NCBI GenBank assembly: GCA_964016885.1
Contig: OZ024748.1
Location: forward strand, 17,794,001-17,858,000
DNA from: Eledone cirrhosa
Taxonomy: Eukaryota
Length of the DNA stretch: 64,000 nt
Direction: 5' to 3'
Shown: positions 53,711 to 64,000 of the stretch, piece after piece
How the letters are laid out: the number at the start of each line of letters is the position of its first letter
How positions within the stretch are numbered: position 1 is the first letter of the stretch
Program-made: the position numbers and the translations under genes
Notes under the pieces: model-generated
The model's database searches: none
What the model was told of the DNA's origin: nothing
Seen by the model: the letters and a program-made list of their open reading frames with translations, nothing else

Positions 53711-53906
53711 AACGAAGGAATTGTGGTAAGGAACCAGATGGACCATAACGCACCAAAGTACTCAATACTTAGTGTAGTTGAGTGGGTAATAGGAAAAAGT
53801 ATGACCCCGACGGCAGAGCTCAAGCCGTTTCGACAGCTATTTCTGTCCAGAAATAGCCGTCAAAACGGCTTGAGCTCTGCCGTCGGGGTCATACTTTTTC
53901 CTATTA
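53711..53906. mobile_element. Fold-back element with the 3' part of a hammerhead (related pieces at 40460-40566, 41785-41848, 37495-37535, 61266-61292)
   Basis: ~59-bp arms around 53847; minus strand GACAG-AAATAG-CTGTC-GAAA-CGGC-loop-GCCG-TC-GGGG. Confidence 0.7.
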
Positions 53907-53922
53907 AATATATATATATATA

Positions 53923-54000
53923 TTGGGTCGCCAAGTATGAAATTTGTTGAAATTTGTAGAAAAAAAAAAATTTCTACAAATTTCATACTTGACGGCCTAA
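53923..54000. mobile_element. Tiny Tc1/mariner-like MITE (78 bp)
   Basis: TA-TTGGGTCGCCAAGTATGAAATTTG...CAAATTTCATACTTGACGGCCTAA-TA. Confidence 0.6.
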
Positions 54001-54402
54001 TATATATATATTTAGTTATTTATCTTAGTAGATTTTTCCTATTTTTTTCCTAGTTTTTTTTTCTTAGTTTTTTTTCCTTAGTTTTTTTTCCTAGTTTTTT
54101 TTTTCTTACTTTTTTTTCATAGTTTTTTTTACTAGATTTTTTTCGGGGGGGGGGGGGGGGCTTATCTTGTTCTTGTGTTTGCAATTCAAGAATATAGTCT
54201 CGAATATTCTTTAAACAAATGACAGATTCATTTCCTTAATGTTTGGTTTATGTCTGATCTGCTGTTACACAAATTGAAACCAAAAAATAAAACAAAACAT
54301 GAAATAAGTAAATATATATATGTATATGTGTATGCATATATATGTCTGTGTGTGTGTCTATGTGAGTATATATATGTGTGTGTGTGTGTGAGTATATATA
54401 TG

Positions 54403-54435
<33 letters not shown>

Positions 54436-54982
54436 GTAATTGTGTGTATGTGTGTATGTCTATGTGTGTATATATATATATATATATATCTGTGTGTGTG
54501 TGAGTATATATATATGTTTGTGTGTGTGTGTTTGATAAAAAATATAGCAAAAGGAAGAAAAATAAATGAAACAGTAAAACACTTAGAAAAAAATATATAT
54601 GAGAAGAAGAAAAATCAAAAAGTAAAGAGAATGACTGGCGGGTGTCTGTTTCGAGGGAAATATTTTATGGCAAATCTCTAAAATATACAACTAAACAACT
54701 GTCTTTGTGCTTCTTTAACATACACTTACACTAATTGTAGAAGCATGATTAATGTCTAGGAATTGTTGAAATTTCTATCTTTATATATTTCAAGGTGTGT
54801 CCGGAAGACTGAAACACTGTTAAATACAGGGTCTGTATATTGGGAATGTAGCTTGATCTATTAGAAATAGCAGCCTAATATCCCTCCAGAATCTTTGTTG
54901 GTCTTGGCCTGTATTGTGATTGTAGCTTGATCTTTTAGAAATAGCAGCCTAATATCCCTCCACAATCTTCGTTGGTCTTTAA

Positions 54983-55203
54983 CCCTTTAGCATTTAAACT
55001 GGCCATATCCGGCCAGAATTCTCTCATTTCTTTCTGTTCAAATGGGCTGTAACCGCCCACTCATACTTATGTTAAGGTATTGTTCTCAAAATAAATAATA
55101 TCAAAATCTCATAGATTCGATATTATGTGAGATAATTATGTGAGATAAAACTTTTACCGTGAAAATATAATAGTATATATAGAACAATGTAAATGCTAAA
55201 GGG
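54983..55203 (+). mobile_element. piggyBac-type MITE (221 bp)
   Basis: TTAA TSD; 14-bp TIR CCCTTTAGCATTTA/TAAATGCTAAAGGG. Confidence 0.88.
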
Positions 55204-55289
55204 TTAATATATCATCATCAGTGTTTAACGGCCATACTTGCGAAGTCCCTTTTTTTAGACAGACTGTAGCAACATAACTTTACCCAACA

Positions 55290-55838
55290 TCACACCACAC
55301 TACACTACACTACACCACACCACACCACACTATATTACACCACACTACACCACACCACACTATACTACACCACCCTACACCACACTACACTACACCACAC
55401 CACACTATGCTACACCACACTACACCACACTAAACCACACCACACCACACTATACTACACCACACTACACCACACTAAACCACACTATACTACACCACAC
55501 TGCACCACACTACACCACACCACACTACACCACACCACACTATACTACACCACACTACACCACACTACACCACACTACACCACACCACACCACACTACAC
55601 CACACCACACTATACTACACCACACCACACTATACTACACCACACTACACCACACTAAACCACACCACACTATACTACACCACACTACACCACACTACAC
55701 CACACCACACTATACTACACCACACTACACCACACCACAGCACACTATACAACACTACACCACACTACACCACACCACACTACATCACACCACATCACAC
55801 CACACTATACTACACCACACTCCACCACACTACACCAT
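55290..55838. repeat. (CACAC/TACAC)n pentanucleotide array
   Basis: Direct reading. Confidence 0.95.
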
Positions 55839-56217
55839 AAACAACAACCACCACAAGGTACCTTACCTGCAATGTCCCTTCTCTTTAGACAGAGACTGTA
55901 TCAACATAGCTTTACCCCATACAACACTCCCGCATCACACTGGAGAGGAGATGGGTTTGGCAGGTTTTTAGAAACCCTACAAATGCTGTATGTCAATACA
56001 GCATCCCTACAACTCTATCAGGAGCTAAGGGACCACACATGTATGCTTGTCACTGCTTTATTTATCAACCTGAAAATGGTGGAAAGCAAGGTTTATCTTG
56101 GCACAATTTTTATCTGGAATGCTGAAAGCTGGAATGAATTCCACAAAGAATTTTATCTGACGTTCTAATGACTCTGCCAATTCAATGTCGTATTTTGCAG
56201 TATCTGGTTATTGATTA

Positions 56218-56500
56218 GTGGAGGCATGTGGCCTAGTGGTAAGGGTGTTGGACTTAGAATCATAATGTCATGGGATCGATTCCTGGGTTGCGTGTTGTGT
56301 TCTTGAGCAAAACGCTTCATTTCTCGTTGCTCCAGTATACTCAGCTGAAAATAAGTACCAGCAATAGCTGGGAGTTTAACCCTGCGATGGACTGGTGTTC
56401 TGTCCAGGGGGAGTCTTGTACTCTCGGTCGCTTCATGCTATGAAACTGGGATAAGCACCGGTCAAATGAGCCTTCTGGCTTAAGACAGACTTTAGACTTA
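56218..56500 (+). mobile_element. SINE-C (tRNA head, CORE-like domain, CCCTGCGATGGACTGG domain, AGACTTT tail)
   Basis: A-box TGGCCTAGTGG, B-box-like GGATCGATTCC; tail repeated at ~56767-56803. Confidence 0.8.
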
Positions 56501-56638
56501 TTTTTAGTGATATATATATAAATATATGAGAGGTAGGGATATATATATATTAGTATATATATATATAAATACACATAAATATATATACACATAAATATAT
56601 ATATATATACACATAAATATATATATATATATATACAC

Positions 56639-56677
<39 letters not shown>

Positions 56678-56680
56678 TAA

Positions 56681-56711
<31 letters not shown>

Positions 56712-57017
56712 TAAATATATATATATATACACACACACATATACATATATATACACACACACATAAATATGAGTCTTCTGGCTTAAGACAGACTTTAGAC
56801 TTTTTAGTTATTGATTAACTTCACCTAATAAAAAAATAGATTGGATGGTTACACCTGGTATACCTTTCATTGTATGTCTGTTTTATAAGTGTTGATTAAA
56901 GGTTAAACAAAAGACATTATAACTAAGTAATCAATTTGTCTACTAGAAATAGTAGCCAAAGTTCCCTCAAGTCATAGTCTATTGTTAAAGACTATGGACG
57001 TATTATATAAGTGTTGT

Positions 57018-59592
57018 TGTTTTCACGCTCAGAGTTGCTGAAGCATGGAACAATCTACCTGCATCAATTGTTAGCTGCAGAGACACTGCATCCTTTAAAA
57101 CCTCCATAGAACAAACTACCTGCATCAATTGTTAGCTGCAGAGACACTGCATCCTTTAAAACCTCCATGGAACAAACTACCTGCATCAGTTGTTAGCTGC
57201 AGAGACACTGCATCCTTTAAAACCTCCATGGAACAACAAACTACCTGCATCAGTTGTTAGCTGCAGAGACACTGCATCCTTTAAAACCTCCATGGAACAA
57301 ACTACCTGCATCAGTTGTTAGCTGCAGAGACACTGCATCCTTTAAAACCTCCATGGAACAAACTACCTGCGTCAGTTGTTAGCTGCAGAGACACTGCATC
57401 ATTTAAAACCTCCATGGAACAAACTACCTGCATCAGTTGTTAGCTGCAGAGACACTGCATCCTTTAAAACCTCCATGGAACAATCTACCTGCATCAATTG
57501 TTAGCTGCAGAGACACTGCATCCTTTAAAACCTCCATGGAACAAACTACCTGCATCAGTTGTTAGCTGCAGAGACACTGCATCCTTTAAAACCTCCATGG
57601 AACAAACTACCTGCATTAGTTGTTAGCTGCCGAGACACTGCATCCTTTAAAACCTCCATGGAACAAACTACCTGCATCAGTTGTTAGCTGCAGAGACACT
57701 GCATCCTTTAAAACCTCCATGGAACAAACTACCTGCATCAGTTGTTAACTGCCGAGACACTGCATCCTTTAAAACCTCCATGGAACAAACTACCTGCATC
57801 AGTTGTTAGCTGCAGAGACACTGCATCCTTTAAAACCTCCATGGAACAAACTACCTGCGTCAGTTGTTAGCTGCAGAGACACTGCATCCTTTAAAACCTC
57901 CATGGAACAAACTACCTGCATCAGTTGTTAGCTGCAGAGACACTGCATCCTTTAAAACCTCCATAGAACAAACTACCTGCATCAGTTGTTAGCTGCAGAG
58001 ACACTGCATCCTTTAAAACCTCCATGGAACAAACGGCCTGCGTCAGTTGTTAGCTGCAGAGACACTGCATCCTTTAAAACCTCCATGGAACAAACTGCCT
58101 GCATTAGTTGTTAGCTGCAGAGACACTGCATCCTTTAAAACCTCCATGGAACAAACTACCTGCATCAGTTGTTAGCTGCAGAGACACTGCATCCTTTAAA
58201 ACCTCCATGGAACAAACTGCCTGCATTAGTTGTTAGCTGCAGAGACACTGCATCCTTTAAAACCTCCATGGAACAAACTACCTGCATCAGTTGTTAGCTG
58301 CAGAGACACTGCATCCTTTAAAACCTCCATGGAACAAACTACCTGCGTCAGTTGTTAGCTGCAGAGACACTGCATCCTTTAAAACCTCCATGGAACAAAC
58401 TACCTGCGTCAGTTGTTAGCTGCCGAGACACTGCATCCTTTAAAACCTCCATGGAACAATCTACCTGCATCAATTGTTAGCTGCAGAGACACTGCATCCT
58501 TTAAAACCTCCATGGAACAAACTGCCTGCATCAGTTGTTAGCTGCCGAGACACTGCATCCTTTAAAACCTCCATGGAACAATCTACCTGCATCAATTGTT
58601 AGCTGCAGAGACACTGCATTCTTTAAAACCTCCATGGAACAATCTACCTGCATCAATTGTTAGCTGCAGAGACACTGCATCCTTTAAAACCTCCATGGAA
58701 CAAACTACCTGCATCAGTTGTTAGCTGCAGAGACACTGCATCCTTTAAAACCTCCATGGAACAATCTACCTGCATCAATTGTTAGCTGCAGAGACACTGC
58801 ATCCTTTAAAACCTCCATGGAACAAACTACCTGCGTCAGTTGTTAGCTGCAGAGACACTGCATCCTTTAAAACCTCCATGGAACAAACTACCTGCATCAG
58901 TTGTTAGCTGCAGAGACACTGCATCCTTTAAAACCTCCATGGAACAAACTATCTGCGTCAGTTGTTAGCTGCAGAGACACTGCATCCTTTAATACCTCCA
59001 TGGAACAAACTATCTGCGTCAGTTGTTAGCTGCCGAGACACTGCATCCTTTAATACCTCCATGGAACAAACTACCTGCGTCAGTTGTTAGCTGCAGAGAC
59101 ACTGCATCCTTTAAAACCTCCATGGAACAAACTACCTGCATCTGTTGTTAGCTGTCGAGACACTGCATCCTTTAAAACCTCCATGGAACAAACTATCTGC
59201 GTCAGTTGTTAGCTGCAGAGACACTGCATCCTTTAAAACCTCCATGGAACAAACTACCTGCGTCAGTTGTTAGCTGCAGAGACACTGCATCCTTTAAAAC
59301 CTCCATGGAACAAACTGCCTGCATTAGTTGTTAGCTGCAGAGACACTGCATCCTTTAAAACCTCCATGGAACAAACTACCTGCGTCAGTTGTTAGCTGCA
59401 GAGACACTGCATCCTTTAAAACCTCCATGCTTCCTGAAATTCGCCAACACTACACCTGATATCCCTCCTCCATACACACTCGTGTATATCATGACTCATA
59501 CACTGTTCACTTTCCTACATTATTCTATGTACTATACATGCACCTTTGATGAGTTGTAGTGCACCTGAGCACTGTACACAATAATTTCATTA
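57018..59592 (+). mobile_element. CR1-like LINE 3' end containing an amplified 61-bp array
   Basis: Collapsed frame FTLRVAEAWNNLPASIVSCRDTASFKTSMLPEIRQHYT*, then 3'UTR. Confidence 0.75.
57044..59429 (+). repeat. 61-bp satellite (~39 copies)
   Basis: Unit CATGGAACAAACTACCTGCATCAGTTGTTAGCTGCAGAGACACTGCATCCTTTAAAACCTC. Confidence 0.96.
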
Positions 59593-59702
59593 TATTGTAT
59601 TACATACTGTGACACATTGTGTAGTGTAGTCTTAGATATACTGTGACACATTGTGTAGTGTAGTTGTAGTCTTCAAATAAGATACTGCTTTATACACTAA
59701 CA

Positions 59703-60430
59703 CAGGAGTGAGCAAACCTTTTGGATTGGGGGGGCACATCGACTGGGACATGAACACTAGAGGGAAGCACCATTTCTTATTGGATATAGTACAGTATAGT
59801 ATAGTACAGTATACTATAGTATAGTACAGTATAGTATAGTACTAGATAGTATTGGATATAGTGTGCCAGTAACATTACTTTTCTTCAGTTAGAATTTAGA
59901 AAATATAAAATATAAACTGCCTCATTATAATAAATAAATTAATGGTTTCTTATTTAGGCACAAGGCCAGCAATTTGGGGAAAGTCGATTAAATCGACCCC
60001 GTAAGGATGAAAAGCAAATTAGCCTCGGCAGGATTTGAACTCAATAATACATAAATTAATAAAATGATTAAATACAAAAACCTTAAAACAAAATTTTTTT
60101 TTATTTGTGTCTGTACACCACAAAACATTTATTTTATTGACCCCGTAAGGATGAAACGCAAAGTTAACCTCTGTGGGATATGATCCAAGTTCAAACTCCA
60201 CCTAGGTTAACTTTGAATTTCATCCTTACGAGGTCGATAAAATAAAGTACCAGTAATACACTGGAGTAATTGCTGGCCTTGTGCCAAAAGTAGAAACAGT
60301 TATTAAGTATTATATACTAAAATTTGTTGATTTTTATTTTTGTTATTAATTCGCCGAATGCTTCCATGGGCCACAAAAAACTCCTTGGCGCGCCACTTTT
60401 GGCCCACGGGGCATAGTTTGCTCACCCCTG
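59703..60430. mobile_element. hAT-type MITE with 8-bp TSD and nested SINE-A fragments
   Basis: TIR CAGGAGTGAGCAAAC/GTTTGCTCACCCCTG; TSD CACTAACA at 59695-59702 and 60431-60438. Confidence 0.88.
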
Positions 60431-61313
60431 CACTAACACACTGCTTCAAGCAAACTACAGCATCCTCATATATTTATGTATTTATTGATTTATATATTCA
60501 TCCTAGTGGTTAGGATGCTGGACTCAGGACCATAATGTTGAAGGTTTGATTCTTGGACTGAGTGGCATGTGTGGTGTTCTTAAACCAAATACTTTATTTC
60601 ACCTTGTTCCTTCTGACAGTAGTGATGATTTTATAGAAATTATTGGCAATGAAAACAGTGTCTCCTTGGTCTCATCATATGATTGGCTCCTTTCCTTTCA
60701 TATATATATATATATATATGTAGATAAATCTACCAAGAGTTTACAGTAGTGTCCAATCCGTATGAAGAACTCAATGTAATCCGGATATCATGGAAAGAAG
60801 AGATGCAATGAAAAATCACTTTCGGTGAAAGATAAATGGAATACAGAGTCAAGATAAAATATTAAAAAAATAATGAATAAAACAATGAAACAGTTCCTTA
60901 TATTAAACAAAAAAAGTTCATTATTTAACGATCGTTTCTAGGATATATATGTGTTAGAATTGGCATGCATATTCATGAATATTTGTTTTATTCATGAATC
61001 ATTGTTTTATTCATTATTTTTTTAATATTTTATATATATATATATATATGTGTGTGTGTATATATATATATATATGTCTGTGTGGGAAGACCAGTCAAGT
61101 CTGAAATGCATAGACAGTTGTCCCCCTTGCTTCTGCTGGATGCCACCGGACTGCATTAGCCCCAGTGTTTGATAGCTACGGCTTCCTAAAACCGTGTTTC
61201 TTTAGAGATACGAAATTTCTATACATATTTGCATACAGCTCTGCCTGAAGCTAAATCCTATTTCTCTGGTTCCTTACCACATTTCCTTTGTTATATATAT
61301 ATATATATCGCTG

Positions 61314-62243
<930 letters not shown>

Positions 62244-62814
62244 GTGGCTGCCAACTCGTTTTCGAGTACGGCCGCTAGTTTATATCCATGTAGGAGAACC
62301 CCTACCGATGCACTGACGGGTGTGACATTTTAGTCCAGCCAGCGACTTGAAAACTCTGGTATAAACACTGCACTTGTGACAATTATTGACACACAGTGCT
62401 GGGCCCATGGTACCATGTGACGACAAGTGCAGAGAGATCTCCAGATATAAAGCAATGCCTGTGCCGTGAAGCTTTTATAGTGAGCAAAGGCACTGCACAA
62501 AGCCAGTCCCACTCTCTTAACCAAGATGATATTTACCAAAAAGAAGAACAAGTCAACATCATTGGATACCATCAGGGTTGCAGGTGTTATATCAGAGTTT
62601 TCCTTCTCCTAGAATTCTGCCTTGACAAAGGCTAAGGGGTCATCTCTCCCGGTGATTTTTGGATGGCCATTGACTCTTAAGAGCTCCTTTGCCCTTTGCC
62701 AGGTTTTGTTTTTAGTCCTGCAGGATGTCCAAAGTCACCCTCCTCACCAAGAAACCTTGGTGGGGTTGCCAGTTTAGTCACCAACGACCTGACCATGAGA
62801 CAGGTTGTACTGGG

Positions 62815-62818
<4 letters not shown>
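62244..62818 (-). mobile_element. Bipartite non-autonomous RTE-derived element, second copy
   Basis: Reverse complement of ~15380-15953; (TA)n on both sides. Confidence 0.85.
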
Positions 62819-62869
<51 letters not shown>

Positions 62870-62924
62870 CATATATACATATACATATATATATATATAT
62901 ATACATATATATACATATATATAC

Positions 62925-62985
<61 letters not shown>

Positions 62986-62994
62986 CATATATAC

Positions 62995-63035
<41 letters not shown>

Positions 63036-63060
63036 CATATATATATACATATATATATAT

Positions 63061-63445
63061 ATCATCATCATCATCATCATTTTACGTCCACTTTTCCCTG
63101 CTTGCAAGGGTTGGACGGGAACTGATTCTGGCTTGATTTCTACAGCTGGATGCCCTTCCTAACACCAACCTCATTTACAGTGAGTGCTGGGTGCTTTTTT
63201 GCTGTGGCACCTCCACGACCACTTTGCAGTGGAATGATATGGACCCCAGTCCTATCATCTCATTTCTACAGCTGAGTAAACTGGAGCAATGTGAAATAAA
63301 GTGTCTTGCTCAAGGAAACAACACATCACCCGGTCTGAGAATTGAACTCACAACCTTTCGATTGCAAAGCCAATGCTCTAACCACTAAGCCATGTGCCTC
63401 CAATATATATACATATATATATATATATATACATATATACATATA

Positions 63446-63494
<49 letters not shown>

Positions 63495-63802
63495 CATTTC
63501 ATTTTACGTCCACTTTTCCCTGCTTGCAAGGGTGGGACGGGAACTGATTCTGGCTTGATTTCTACAGCAGGATGCCCTTCCTAACACCAACCTCATTTAC
63601 AGTGAGTGGTGGGTGCTATTTTGCCGTGGCACCTCTACGACCACTTTGCAGTGGAATGATAGGGACCCCAGTCCCTATCATCTCATTTCTACAGCTGAGT
63701 AAACTGGAGCAATGTGAAATAAAGTGCCTTGCTCAAGGAAACAACACATCACCCGGTCTGAGAATTGAACTTACAACCTTTCGATTGCAAGGCCAATGCT
63801 CT
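63061..63802 (-). mobile_element. Two SINE-B copies (63061-63402, 63493-63802) separated by (TA)n
   Basis: Family sequence. Confidence 0.9.
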
Positions 63803-64000
63803 ATACATATATATATATACATATATATATATATTTGGGGAGGGTCATATTTGTGTAATATTGCCAGAATTAATAACAGAACACACTCACTGTTTGGTTG
63901 GTTTTCGCTTTTCGCTTCTGTGTCTTTTATATCGGTAATCTAATTTATTCGGTCCTCAATGTTGCCATTGACTGACCAATGGTCAAAAATAATACAGATA

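Overview
AT-rich eukaryotic non-coding DNA. The repeat repertoire suggests an octopus/coleoid cephalopod (inference). No host protein-coding exon could be supported, and nearly all ORF-track calls are microsatellite translations. The window contains: (i) a 5'-truncated RTE-clade LINE with an open ORF (2765-5602) and a PHD-type finger inside the RT, plus 3' fragments of several other RTE subfamilies; (ii) many tRNA-derived SINEs, one sharing its 3' tail with an RTE in the window; (iii) bipartite non-autonomous RTE elements, an R4/Dong fragment in (TAA)n, a CR1 3' end, and piggyBac-, hAT- and mariner-type MITEs; (iv) several satellites amplified from internal pieces of retroposons. The most notable signal is a set of small non-coding elements embedded in (TA)n, often with fold-back arms. 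They carry about a dozen complete or partial type I hammerhead ribozyme motifs from several sequence families, including a long-stem-II form and a U3:A8 compensatory form. This points to a diverse Penelope-like/retrozyme system targeting (TA)n. All structures were folded by eye and family names come from recalled motifs, not database searches. Boundaries are approximate to a few bases.
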